Made by a program: the position numbers and the translations under genes | NCBI GenBank assembly: GCA_964016885.1 | Contig: OZ024753.1 | Span: 2,480,001 to 2,544,000, forward strand | From: Eledone cirrhosa | Lineage: Eukaryota | Length of the DNA: 64,000 nucleotides | Direction: 5' to 3' | Shown here: positions 16,235-29,308 of the stretch, one piece after another | How the letters are laid out: every line of letters starts with the position of its first letter | Numbering within the stretch: the first letter of the stretch is position 1 | Notes under the pieces: model-generated | Seen by the model: the letters and a program-made list of their open reading frames with translations, nothing else | Database searches by the model: none | Told to the model about the DNA's origin: nothing

Positions 16235-16926
16235 GCTTGAAATGATAAACCTAACACTTATCCTAGGTTAGGAAACATTCAAAGAAACCAGCTGGAACGG
16301 CCTCCCACAATGTCAGATTTTCTTGTCATGTGATCAGCCTGGTGTTCTTTTGATCAGATGTCAGAAGACATGGCACACACACTGTGCAGAAACCTTCATA
16401 ATGCCAAGGTCGTGGTGGATCATATCCTCAACTCTCTCACGGAGTATGCTAATAGCATTGGCTATTTGTTTTATAGCCAATTCCTTGTCATCCATCATCA
16501 TGTGGTGGACTTGATCAATGTTTTCCTTGTTGTTGGCAATTTCAGGACGTCCAGAACTTGGTTCATCTTCACAATTCTTTCTTCCCCTCCTAAATTCAGC
16601 AGCTCGTTTTTGCACTGTTGATAAAGCTAGAGCCTTATCCCCTAATGTAGCAAACATGTCAGTATGAAAGTCCTTGGTGACTAAACCCTTTTCCTGCAGG
16701 TACTTGATAAATCCATGATGCTAAATTTTATCCATTTTCAAGACAAGTCACTACTAGTTACTTTTGAAGTCATCTTTACACAATCAAATGTCAGTTTAAT
16801 TGAAATAAAACAATGCAGTTATTAATATGAAGTGTTGAAATTAATGCATGCAAGATTTCACAGCTCTAGCATTACTCCTTAATAGCCAGCATATCTCTTC
16901 AGCCCCCCCACCCCCCACCCCTTGTA
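16235..16926 (-). mobile_element. Decayed mariner element, 5' half (TIR remnant + HTH region)
   Basis: ORF 16361-16657 with STVQKRAAEFRRGR..EDEPSSGRP and LGIMKVSA; TA-caagggg..gctgaag terminus near 16926. Confidence 0.85.
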
Positions 16927-19470
16927 TATAAAAAGCTGGATTAAATACTTTTAAGTATTTTGTCCAACACATTAATGATTCTGTTAATTTACTGTCCTAA
17001 TAAACATTATTTATTTATTTATTTACTTTATTAAAAATATCAATAAAATCTGTGAGAATAATGAAGCTTATTATATCGATAGCAAATGTCAGTATATTCT
17101 GAAATTGAAGGAAACATGATGTGATGCATCAATGTGATACTCTGAATAGAATTCCACTTGATGATGAATAGTTCTTTGAGCACTGAAGGAAATTGTCTGG
17201 CACTTTATTGATTATGCTTCCACTTACACAAATCAAATTTGAAAGTTTTACCGATCAAATGTTTGGAAAATTAATCCCAGGATTGAAAAGAGCTTAGACA
17301 AATAGTCAAAGCATTTCAGTGAGTAAAGTTAAAATGATTTTTAAGTTTATGACAACTAAGAAGATTTCAGTAAGAGGATTCACCATAAATCTTACTATTC
17401 ATCATATAAAAGTCTTCTCTAAAGTGTGTTGCATTTTATCTTAAAATGTTAATTAATATAATATTTGTGAGAAGTCTTTGAAGTAGTGATCTTTTAAGCA
17501 GGAAACATTAATATCACACTAAATATAATAATCTAAGGCATATATCACGAGTTTCTCTTAATTGTAAACTTAACATTTGATATTAATCTTTGCGTAATGG
17601 CATGAATAGGTGTAAATATATTTGTGAATATACACTGGAAATGTGTGAGCTGAAAGCTATGAAAGCTTCTTTGGTTAGCAATTAAAACATCGTATTTATT
17701 AATTTATATTAAAAATGTGATAATTTGTGGCCCCAGTGTATAAGGAAATATGTAGGAATTTTGATACAACAGTTAAATTAATTTAAGAATGATAAATAAT
17801 GTTATTTTAATAATTTTATTGATGCTATAAAGATATTGAGATTAAAACTTGCAAATTATACTAGGGCTAAGTTTAATGAAGGTCATAAAGGCATAGACAA
17901 ATTATTGTAAGAAATGCTTATTCAGTTATCTTTCAAACTTATAACATATTTGTTTACACTCTATTTACTTAATCTTAATATCTTTTGAAACTTTTAATTA
18001 TTTTCTTAATGAATGTATAAATGTTTCATGGTTTTAAGCTTAAATTGTGAAACTACTAACCAAAGAGCTAAGAGATCAACTTCCATTAACAGTAGTTGTA
18101 CCTATAGTCGAGGCAAATATCTTTGCCTCCTTCTGCCTGATTGATAATGATATTGTACTTCTGACAGTCAGTTGGTTGCTTAGTAGTTGGAGAATATTGA
18201 TTTCTAATTTAGGCAAAAGGTCAGTAAATTTTATGGCAAAAGCAAAGATGACTATATCAAATCTAGTACATGACTTGTACTTTATTTTATTGACACCAGA
18301 ATGATGAACAACAAAGTTGACCTCAGCAGTATTTGTACTTAGAAAGTTAAGAGCCAGAACAAATACGGCACTAGCATTTTATCTGAAACTCTAATAATTT
18401 TGCCAATCTACTTCCCTAGCAGTAGTTGAACGATATTGCCTTCAAAACTAAGAGGTCTACCTAAATATCACATTTGCAGAAGATAAAGAAAATCATTTGC
18501 TCTATTTGAAAAATGTGATCCAGCATAAATATAGAATAAGGAATTTTAATTTTTCATGTTTGTATAATATTTTCTAGTAGAGTCTTAATAATTAGAAGCT
18601 AGTCATGCTGACATGGGGCAGAAGTATAAATTTTATATTATGTTAACACATAATAATGCTAAGATTATTATGACCCAATATAATATCCTACTAAATCATT
18701 CTGTCCAGCATATACTAGTTCTTCAAATATCTAATTAATATTTATAAGGGTTTGCCAGATGATCTTAAATTTTATTGGCATTGCTTTATATATCTAATCA
18801 TAAATAATATTTTCATTGATCTATTTTATAGCAAATATGTAATGCTGTTAATTATGGTTTTATGTCTAAATCCTTATCATTCTCACCTCCGATAACATTG
18901 CAGTGTCCATTTCTATTACTGTTGTAAACACTTTCATTAGATATTGAATTGCAGCAGCATAGATCTTGTGATGTGTATATAATATGGTGGTAAAGATGTT
19001 TAGTATAGTGCTATCAAGTGTTGGATACTTCAAATATTTTCATACTTCAAGAGTATGTTAATTTATGTTTCTTGACTTAATTCATCCCAACATTTCCATA
19101 TTGACTCTATGAGTTGTTGCTTTTTTCTTTTTTGAGAGTTTATTCCCTCTCTCTAGCAACCTATAAAGATATGTTGACAGAATGAGGTTATTGTTGGTGA
19201 TTTATGAAGGAGGAATCGATATTTCTGATTCAGAATACCTAATCATATGTTTTATAAATGTAATGATCTACACTGGTTAATTCTTAATTCAGGCTAGTCA
19301 GCAATTAAGGAGAACCAGCATGCAATGTTTCTTTATGGTAGATGCATTTTACAAATGAAAAGAGATGCTGTATATTTACTGCCCAACCCCATATAACATC
19401 AAATGTGTTAAATGGTAAATACAAACAATTCTTGCTTGCAAGTATGGCTAGATGATGGATGGTAGCTTGA

Positions 19471-19604
19471 TTTCTTTGAGTGAAGGTACAATTCTTTTGA
19501 GTGAAGGTACAATTTTTTTGAGTGAAGGTACAATTCTTTTGAGTGAAGGTACAATTCTTTTGAGTGAAGGTACAATTCTTTTGAGTGAAGGTACAATTCT
19601 TTTG
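19471..19604. repeat. 21-bp minisatellite (ttcttttgagtgaaggtacaa) x ~6.4
   Basis: Near-perfect tandem units without spacers. Confidence 0.95.
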
Positions 19605-20261
19605 AAAGTCACTGTGAACTACAGGACATAATTCTATGGTTTAGTTTAAAATACTGGACAGTGTTCATGTAGTAACCCCATAACCACCACTACACACACA
19701 TTGCATATAGTGATGTAGTGCAAAGAGGGGTGTACAGAGAGGTGGGCTGAGGGTGCAACATTCCCAGGCATCGATATTGAAGCAGGTGGTGGGGACATCT
19801 AACTAGTGTCATATAAGGTTCTCCATTCAACATGGCTACTGTGTAATGTCCACTTATGTTTCTGAAGTACTCATCCAAATCTACACCCAGTTTTCCATTC
19901 AGATCAAAAACGCTAAAGACTTTAATAACTCAATGTTTATATTCAGACAAACTTAAACAATGACCTGCATACTTGTTCATCTACCTTGTCAATTAACACA
20001 TTATTCAATGTAATTGAAGCATGGTATGACATGTTATTTTTAAGTTGGCTCTGTTTATTTCAGCTTTTATCTACTTTTTCATATTTAAAATGTCTTCCTT
20101 GCTTACATTTCTCAGTAATACTTAGTAATACTTGAGTTTTAGAATTTTGGTCTTTGTAATTATTATTACTATATATGTATATATGTGTGTGTGTGTGTAT
20201 AGATATATAGATGTATACATCATAATGATGATCACCATTAACATCTATTCCTTCTTGCCTC

Positions 20262-20440
20262 GTGTGTTATGAGCTAGTTACATGCATAATTAATAGGGTA
20301 ATAAAAGATAGTGCCATAGCAAATGGTTTGCACTGCAGGGTCATTGTAAACTGCTACAAGCTTATGAATGATCCACTTGAAAGAGGTAATTACAGAGACA
20401 TCAAGATAAACCAGGTCATGAAAGTTACTGAGATGGCTAT
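20262..20440 (+). mobile_element. Old RTE RT fragment
   Basis: IVNCYK...LERGNYRDIK.NQVMKVTE, homologous to the R-A protein. Confidence 0.8.
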
Positions 20441-20499
20441 ATTACAAAAAGAAGACATACTCTCTAAGCATTTGTCCTATCCACAGCAGCATATGTTGC

Positions 20500-21130
20500 T
20501 GCATGCCTCCATGGTGTATAGATGTAACAAGTGCAGTCAATTCTACATTGGCAGCACTATTTGAGCTCTGCACATTGGAGTAAAAGAGAACATCACAACA
20601 AACTCCTTTTTCTACAAGCATATTGTCAAATGCAAGAAGAGGGATATGAATATAACACCAGCCTAGCCACAGGACCCAACATAGGTGCCCTGCAAATCAA
20701 GGAGGCTCTTCTGATTAAGTAGTTAGAGCAACCCATTAATAAGAGAATGGAAAGAAATGAAGCACAGTGACTGATCTAGCACAATTGGATCATCCAGATC
20801 CAATGTGCACAACACTACAATTACATGCACACATGGGATGCGCATGATTGCCTGTACAAGATTTAATACATACATGTGTACTTACATTTACACTCACATG
20901 TACACACCTACCAACACATTATGTACAAACCGCCCACCTCACCCCTACACACATACACACATACACACATACATCTTATACATCCTTATATATTTACTCA
21001 CATCTATACATAGGCCACAAACCAGCCCCTTGTGGTCGTTTGCATGCATAAGTCATAGCACAACAACAGTTAAAAAATAGTAGCCAGGAAAAAGAATTTC
21101 CCATTTCTCTGGGGTTTTCCCCTATGGATC
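20500..21130 (+). mobile_element. Decayed Penelope-like element: GIY-YIG 3' end plus probable pLTR remnant
   Basis: VYRCNKCSQFYIGSTI*ALHIGVKE...KH...LQIKEALLIK...PIN; stops and frameshifts present. The pLTR extent is uncertain. Confidence 0.75.
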
Positions 21131-21136
21131 CTTCCT

Positions 21137-21323
21137 AATAATTGTTTCTATTTTTGACACAAGGCCAGCAATTATCCCAGTGCATTACTGGTACTTTATT
21201 CTATCAACCCTGTAAGGATGAAAGGCAAAGTTAACCTCCGGATTTGAACTCGGACTGTAAAAGGGGCGTAACTCTAAGAAGCAAAGCATGGTGTCCAACC
21301 CTCTACCGATACTGCCAATCCAC
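21137..21323 (-). mobile_element. tRNA-derived Meta-domain-like SINE (family S2)
   Basis: Reverse complement of the 36181-36370 type (gttaactttgcctttcatcctta..gataaaataaagtaccag). Confidence 0.88.
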
Positions 21324-21654
21324 TAATCTCTCTTAATAATGGATGTTATATTGGAAATGTTGGGACAAATAAAATTCTAAGGTAAGAATCAATAATTCTT
21401 TTCCTTTTATTTCCTCCTTCTCCCACTTTATTTTCTACCTCAACTTTCTCAATTCTCTTCCAGCTTTGTTACCTTGGTATTTCAAACCTACCTGCATTAT
21501 AACTGCTCCTTAAGCATAACCAATTTTCATTTGTATACACGCACACCTTATATATATATATATATATACATACATACGCACACACACACACACAGTAGAT
21601 GTACAGGGAAAGTTGGCAGTAGTAATCACAGTGATACACATTTTTCCAATACAG

Positions 21655-22288
21655 GTGGGTTCTATAGATAGCTTCCGGTACCTAGGTGATCAAATTAGCA
21701 TGGGGGGGTTCCGAGGCCATAGTATCTAGAATAAGGATGGGTTGGAAGAAGTTTAGGGAGCTGCTTCCTCTGTTGACTAAGAAGGGTTTCTCCCTGCGTA
21801 TGAAAGGACAGTTATATGATGCCTGTGTGAGATGCGTGATGCTGCATGGTAGTGATTCATGAGCAGCGACTGCAGAAGATATGCTGGAGGGAAATGAAGC
21901 AAGTATGCTCTGTTGGATGTGCAATGCCAATGTGCGTGAATGACCAAGCATAGATGAGTTGAGAAAGAAACTGTGTATAAGAGGGATAAGTTGTGGTGTG
22001 CAGGAGAGAAGGCTGAGATGGTATGGACATGTGATGTGCATGGAGGATGACCGCTGGGTAAAGAAGTGCCAAGAAATCCCAGTAGAAGGCAGACGCAGTA
22101 GAGGTAGACCATGAATAACATGGGCGGAGGTGGTGAAAGCAGACCTCAGATTGCAGAAACTCACCGAGGAGAGGACGAAGGACCGTGACAAGTGGAGAGA
22201 TGCTGTGCTGAATAGGACCCATCCAACCCTTGCAAGCAGGGAATAACGGACATAAAATGATGATAATGATGGTGGTGATGATGATGAT
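21655..22288 (+). mobile_element. 5'-truncated decayed RTE, second family (R-B) with short 3' UTR
   Basis: [32 protein letters not shown]; ends ccatccaacccttgcaagcagggaataacggacataaaa(tga)n. Confidence 0.9.
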
Positions 22289-23287
22289 GGACAGACCGAC
22301 CGACAGACATATGCAAGGTTTGATTCATTGCAGTCGCCACAAACTGTGGTATGAGTTGTAAATTTAATTTCTTAAAATACCACCAATACAACATATTCAG
22401 TTCAGCTGTTTCACTGCATACAATTAGTGTTTAATTTTTCAAAACTAATACCATACTGTTGGATTTTCTAATCTAAAAATGAAGTAATGGTGCGTGGTCT
22501 ACCACACTCATATCTGGAAGAAAAAAATCTATTTAGTTCGTGTTTGTCTAACTAGTCATTATCACCTGTCAGTTTTAGATGTCTTAGCTCATTGAAATTA
22601 GCATTGGAAACTATCCCTTCATTCCCGCAAATTATTTGTACACACGTCTCTACAGTAAAATCGATATTGCTAGAAATATATAATGTAATCTATAATGTCA
22701 CAGGAGTGGTTGCAGATATCAATGTTGTTGAAGACATCTTCAGTGCTGTCACAAGCATATAGTGATGTATCTCTCAAGTAGCTATAGGCTGTCATATTTC
22801 CTATCAATGTTCATTTTTGTTTTACCTGTAAATCCTAACAAAGTCATAGGTGCAAAGTAGTGACATGCAGTCTATCTTGGGCATTTAAAACCTGGTGGAG
22901 GCCATCCCCGCTACAAGTTTGAACAGAGCTGTCGTCTTCCAGAGAAGAGAGAGTGATAGAGAGGAAGGGAGAAAGACATATTGAGGAAGAATGGATGCAA
23001 ATATTGGACTGGAGCCTTTTTTACTGACCTCAAATGGATGAAAAATCAAAGGTGACCATAGAATACTGCAAAACATTCTATCTGATATTCTGAGGATTCT
23101 GCCAATTCACAGCCATTCTCAATAATCATACTCCCAATAATTGAGTAAAAGTAACACAACTAGGTAAGGACAACAGGAACATGAATGTTGTAATATTCAT
23201 TGATGATCCACCTAGCAGTTATAGGAAATCACTACAGAAAATGCAGCATAGTCAAATGGTTAAAGAGTTTCTTTTCTAATCATTAGG

Positions 23288-24988
23288 TTCCCTGAGGGCA
23301 CCTGTGCCCTATTTTCATTTCTACAAACTAGAACTTTAGTCTTAGACAAGTTGACTTTAAGGCCTTTTGATTCTAGGCCATGCTTCCATGTTTGTAATTT
23401 CTTCTCTAGTTCAGCCAATGATTCAGCTATGAGCGTTAGATCATCTGTGTATAGGAGTTCCCATGGGCAGCCGGTCTTGAACTCCTCTGTTATAGCCTGA
23501 AGGGCAATAATAAATAGGAGGGGGCTAAGTACAGAGCCTTGATAACACCAACTTTTACACTAAATTCTTCACAATATCTATTGTTAATTCTAGCCTTACT
23601 GACTGTTTCTTTATACATAGCTTGTATAGCTCTCACAAGCCATTCATCTACACCTAGTTTTCTAAGAGCCCACCAGATAATGGAGCGGGGGACACTGTCA
23701 AAGGCTTTCTCCAGGTCTACAAAAGCTAAGCAGAGGGGTTTATTTTTAGCTAGGTTCTTCTGTAGTTGTCGTACAAGGAAAAAGCGTCTGTGGTACTTTT
23801 ATCTGACACAAACCCAAACTGCATTTCATCTAGATCAAAACGCTCTCTGATTAATTGCGCTATAACTCTTTCTGTGACCTTCATGACCTGGTCAACTAAC
23901 TTAATGCCTCTATAGTTTCCCCTATCTAGAGCATGCCCTTTACCCTTGTAGCAGTTAATGATGATGCTGCTATGCCAGTCTTTTGGTATGACCTCATTCT
24001 GTATTACTTGGTTAACTATACGGGTGACCATAGTATGTCCCACCATTCCAGATGCCAACAACATCTCAGCAACTATCTCCGAAGGCCCAGCTACTTTGCC
24101 TGTCTTCATATCTTTGATTGCCTTCCTTATTATACTACCTTTAACTTGCACCGCTGGTCCTTCTATTGGATCGATTTGGGGAAGACTATCTTTTTCCCAT
24201 TTATTCTCCTCATTTAATAGTTTCTCATAGTCACACTTCCAGGCTATTTTCTTATCAGTATCAGTGAGGGCAAGTACACCGTTATCATTACGGACATACT
24301 TCTCCCCGACAATATCACGTTTTCCTTGACACATTGTTTAGTAATCCTGAACACCTCACGTTTTTGGTCCTCATGTTGTAGAAGATGCTTGAACTTTCTA
24401 TCCTCTACTTCCCCTTTTGCAAGGTACACTTGTCTCCTAGCTTCTCTCCTGGCCACTTGATAGTGCTCTCTACTTCCCCCATCGCACCATACTTTCCAAG
24501 CCTGCTTTTAGGCTTTGATGGTCTCCTCCACCTTACTGTTCCACCACCAAGTTACTCTCCTCCTGCCAATAGGTCTGCTCCAGCCACAGATTTCATCTGT
24601 TGCTTTCAGCAGGTTCACTTTCAAGAGTTGCCACTGTTCCTCTATATTGCACGTCTCTAATTGCTCTTCTTTATTGTCAAAGGCATCAAGTAATAAGCTT
24701 TTAAATTTGTCACTGGCTATGGGGTCCTTCAACTTCCATATTCTTCTCCTCAAGGTAGGCCTCCTCTGTCATTGAGTACATCTATTCTGACTATGAGGTC
24801 ACTAGCTACTAGGCTATGTTGGGAGGTGCATTCTTCATGGGGGAGGGATTTATTGTTTACAACAGACACTTTGTCCTGTCTTCTAGTAAGGATATAATCT
24901 ATCTGGCTGGCCTGTTCCCCTGATCTATAGGTTTTCTAAGTGGTTTTCTCGTTTGTTGAAGTTTGTGTTACAGATAGTTAGGTTTGTA
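23288..24988 (-). mobile_element. Older R-A-related RTE fragment (end of APE through RT), frameshifted
   Basis: ORF pieces 24508-24753, 24244-24456 and 23750-24334 are collinear and highly similar to the intact protein. Confidence 0.93.
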
Positions 24989-25111
24989 AACATGTACATG
25001 AGAGTGGATATATATACCTGTGTGTATACAAGATTGTGTGAATATGTACATGGGGGTGCATATATATGTTTATATATGTGTGTACATATACACGATTGTG
25101 TATATATATAT

Positions 25112-25563
25112 GAGACTTCCTCGTTAACTTGGTCTCGCCATGAAATTTTCAATATGGTCCAAATGCAACGATGGTGGAATACATCAAGCTTGTTATATAC
25201 ACTTTCCGTACTCTTCCATGTCTCACAGGCATATACCGCTGTTGGTACTACAATGGACATGTAAACACGGATTGGAGAGGTTAAGGGACATTGTCCTGAA
25301 AAGGAGCCACATTCTTCGCAGGCCACATCCTTCGTTTGCCGGCAGAACGACCTGCTCATATTGCCATGGATTGGGTACCAGAAGGTGGCAGGAGAGAATG
25401 GGGAAGACCACGAAAAACATGGCGGAGCACATTCATGGAGGAACTGCGGGAGATGGGAATTACCTGGAGAGGTGCTAGAAGGGCCGCCAGTGACAGGATC
25501 AAGTGGAGGAAGCTCGTCGCCCAATGTTCCACAAGGGACTGGAGGAATTAAGACAAAGACTAA
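25112..25563 (+). mobile_element. 5'-inverted, truncated RTE of a third family
   Basis: 25112-25273 antisense encodes VYACETW..LDVFHHRC..ISWRDQVNEEV; 25273-25551 sense encodes GHILRLP..GRPRKTWR..DRIKWRKLV; tail taagacaaagactaa; TA flanks. Confidence 0.88.
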
Positions 25564-27193
25564 AATATATATATATATATATATAACTGTAAAATTGGCT
25601 CCTGTATTTTGTTTGTTTCATTTAATAATTATTATATATATATATATTTTTGTTATTAACATGTGAGCAATGAACATTTAATAATTATTATATATATATA
25701 TATTTGAGTGTGTGCTTGTGTGTGTATATATAATGTTTATATATGTGTGTGTTTATATTTATATATATATGTATAAGATGTTATTTAATATTGCCAAGCT
25801 ATAATAGCCTCAGTTTCTTCCTACTACAACTCACAACAACATAGCAGTATTCATTTATATCCTAACATGTAAAAATAATTTTCACATTTTTTATATTTAC
25901 TGCTTTACTATATTTCTCACTCATCAATGAATGCCAAGAAGCCTAAGCAAGAGATTAATTGAGTAGGTTGTTCCCTTAAAATATGCCTTACACTTCACTG
26001 CTCAGTACTAAACAACAAGACATGGTTAAATCTTCAGTTCAAACTAGATTTCAGATATCTTTTGCTATTTCTAAGTTCATTGCTCACATGTTAATAACTT
26101 CAAATTGAATACACTATACACTCTCGCACTCCTGCTAGTTATATTTTCTAAATGCTTTTGATTTTAAAGACTTCAGTCTGAAACAATTAACTGAGTTATA
26201 ACATGATTTCCTTAAAATAGACCAAAGTGACCTTCAGCAACATAAAACAAAGCTACATTTAAGGATTATTATAATTATTAATAAAATTATTATTATTATC
26301 GTTATTTTTTGCAAAATGATTTTAAAACCTAAAACTGATGCTACCATTTTTATTTATTATTTTTGTTGATGGTTTTTCCCACTTTTTTGTATAATCATAT
26401 TAAATAACTAAAGTGTAAAAAACATGGATTCTTTTATATTATTATTTAAATTGTTTTCCTTTCAGTAATATTAAAGTGAATATTATTATTAATAATAATA
26501 CAAATAATAATGTCTTCATTATCATCATCATCGCTATTGCTTTTGATGAAGGTATTAGTGTTATTATTAATGAAAATAATTTTAATTCTTATTTATTAGA
26601 TATATATATATATATAGGTTTGTATGTATGTTTTTCATTATTTTTTATTCGTTTTATTTAATCCACTTGAAATGGTTCTTTGGAACCACTATTTCTCGAT
26701 TCCATACTCATATGCATTTTCCAATAACTCAGAGCTTTTATGTATAATTACAAATGTTTATAGAGGCCTGTTTAATGTAAAGTTGTAATGACATATGGGA
26801 ATGTAGAAGGTCCCTGGTGTAAAACTGCTGCAAATAAATACATATATACATACAGACAAAATATATGTACATACACATACATACACAGAACATACACAGA
26901 AAAAATATATGTACATACACATACATGCACAGACCCTACACACAAAAAAATATATGTACACATACATACACATATGTATACAGCACATATATAATAATAT
27001 ATGTACACACAAACACATACATAGAAATATATATGTAAATATGGGTATAAGGTGTATCATTACTAACACATCAATGATATTAAGGAAAAATAGATATTTC
27101 ATTGATTTTTATTTACTGTTTATAGAATCCATTTGATTGTTGATATTTTGTGATTAAATTGTTGTATACATGCAAACACAAGCATATATACAA

Positions 27194-27244
<51 letters not shown>

Positions 27245-27389
27245 AATGTGTGTCTGTGAATGTATATCTGTGTGCCTGTGTATGTATATGTGTGTGTCTG
27301 TGTATGTATATATATGTACATACATGTTTATATGTATATGTATAAATGTATATACCTATGTGTGTATGTATGTATATATATATATATAT

Positions 27390-28212
27390 GGGTTCTCCCT
27401 AAAAATGAAAGGCAGGTTGTACGATGCCTGCATACGAACAGCAATGTTGCATGGTAGTGAGACCTGGGCATTGTGTGCAGAGGATATACGCAGACTAGAG
27501 AGGAACGAAGCTTGCATGCTCCGCTGGATGTGTAACAGTAATATACGTGAACGGCAAAGCATAAACGAACTAAGGAAAAAATTAGAGATAAGAGGGATCA
27601 GATGTTGTTTACTCGAGAGAAGGCTGCGTTGGTATGGACACGTGATGCGCATGAAAGTCGATAGCTGTATTACAAAGTGCAGGGCAATAAAGATAGACGG
27701 TAGCCACGGAATAGGCAGACCTAGAAAAACATGGGATGAGCTGATAAACTCCGACCTCACACACTTACACCTCTCCAAGACAATGTCACTGGACCGTGAC
27801 CTTTGGCGGTACTCAGTAACAGAGAAGACCCGCCTTGCCAGTAGGCATCTCTAACAAAATACACCCCTCCCGCCGCCACCCCCACCCCATCCACACCACC
27901 CCGTTCTATGTAAAGTTATGTTGGTGCCGCGCCATCCAGGCCGAAACAAATGAGATCGTGTAGGTGTCACGACAAAAAAACACACAGTCCACGCTGTAAT
28001 GTGGCCGTGTAGGCAACACGGTAAAAACCTCGCAGACCCACACTGTAAATGTGGTTGGTGTTAGGAAGGGCATCCAACTGTAGAAAACCTGCCAGACAGT
28101 CCTATGCGAGCAAGACAATCACTCTTGCCTCAAGTGGGACTACCCCCGTCCAAACCCATGCAAGCGTGGAACACGGACGTTAAACGTTGATGATGATGAT
28201 GATGATGATGAT
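27390..28212 (+). mobile_element. 5'-truncated R-A RTE copy
   Basis: Nearly identical to 8839-9680 apart from a ~28-nt indel at the stop codon; TA flanks. Confidence 0.96.
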
Positions 28213-28427
28213 ATATATATATGTTTATAAGTATATATGTTTATATATATAAGTATGTATACGTACATACATATATGTATACAGACGTACAGTAGTATGT
28301 ATATATATATGTGCGTATGGATTCACGGAACATTTATTATAATCTTCGGTGTGTTTGTAAACAAACATCCCGTATAAAGCCGCAGTGTCTAGCAACCATC
28401 GTTGCTCATTTGTTCAACACTGACAAA

Positions 28428-28482
28428 GGAACGCTGTACTAGTTTCAAGCTTATTAGCTATTGTCAGCAACGTATACCTTCC
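28428..28482 (-). ncRNA. Minimal type I hammerhead ribozyme-like motif (Penelope type), core mutated
   Basis: Minus strand GGAA-GGUAUA-CGUUG-CUGACAA-U-AGCU-AAUA-AGCU-U-GAAAC-UA-GUA-CAGCG-UUCC: helix I CGUUG/CAGCG extended by GGAA/UUCC, helix II, palindromic ACUAGU; the core has A where CUGANGA has G8. Confidence 0.65.
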
Positions 28483-28792
28483 TGCCATATATATATATAT
28501 ATATATATGTGTGTGTATGTATGTATATATATATATATACTACTGTACGTCTGTATACATATATGTATGTATGTATACATACTTATATTTAAGTAACAGC
28601 CGTACTAAGAGTGAGAAATGAAATTTTGTTTCATTTTTTTCTGTTTGTTTATATATATATGTACATATATAATGTATATATGTGTGTGTGCATATATATT
28701 ATTGAGCAAGTTCCATGTGTCACACCATCAAAATAGTATTGGATGCTTCTATAGATTTAGTATTGCATCGATCTATATTCCTATTATATTAA

Positions 28793-28910
28793 GAAAAAAG
28801 TCAGGACCCCGATGGCTGAGCTCTGGCCATTTCGACAACTAGATCCGAATGAGTTAGGATCTAGCTGTCGAAACGGCCAGAGCTCAGCCATCCGGGTCCT
28901 GGCTCTTTTC
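28793..28910. repeat. GC-rich hairpin, 54-bp arms (5 mismatches) with a 10-nt loop
   Basis: 28793-28846 vs 28857-28910 compared base by base. Confidence 0.93.
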
Positions 28911-29069
28911 CTATTACCCACTCTACTACCCTAAGTATTGAGTACTCTGGTGCGTTATGGTCCATCTGGTATGTTACGATACCCTCTTTGGTCCTATTAT
29001 ATTAAATATATATTTAGAGAGAGAGAAATAATAAACATTGTTTTCTTTGATTGAGATGAAGAAAGAGTG

Positions 29070-29307
29070 TATTATGAATTGGTAGATCTACTGTCAGTCG
29101 ATTGACTTTCGTCAAATCGGACCGAGGAAACAATGTTCCCATGGGTCTTTTCAATTGTTAATTCTATCTATCGGTCGCAACTCCAGGTAGAAGGAGCAAT
29201 ATGAAATAAAGTGTCTTGCTCAAGGACATATCGCATCACTCGGTCCGAGAATTGAAATCACAACCTCACAATTACGAATCCAATTCTCTTACCACTCAGC
29301 CATGTGC
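29070..29307 (-). mobile_element. CORE-type SINE with a different, non-RTE 3' tail (S3), left copy
   Basis: tRNA head gcacatggctgagtgg..gatttcaattc, CORE-like block, tail with gatttgac-gaaa-gtcaatc stem-loop, ending cataata. Confidence 0.85.
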
Positions 29308-29308
29308 A

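Noticed and set aside
19408-19604. LYLHSKE repeat ORF or CRISPR-like array
   Set aside because: 21-bp tandem minisatellite without spacers; eukaryotic context, no cas genes.
21655-24988. R-B 3' fragment and the minus-strand RTE fragment as one element split by inversion
   Set aside because: The geometry would fit, but the 3' piece is clearly more diverged from R-A than the 5' piece, so they are probably separate insertions.
27246-27854. Microsatellite-RTE fusion ORFs (also 45044-46039 and the CR1 case 43601-44620)
   Set aside because: Stop-free repeats read into truncated LINEs by chance; no evidence of expression.
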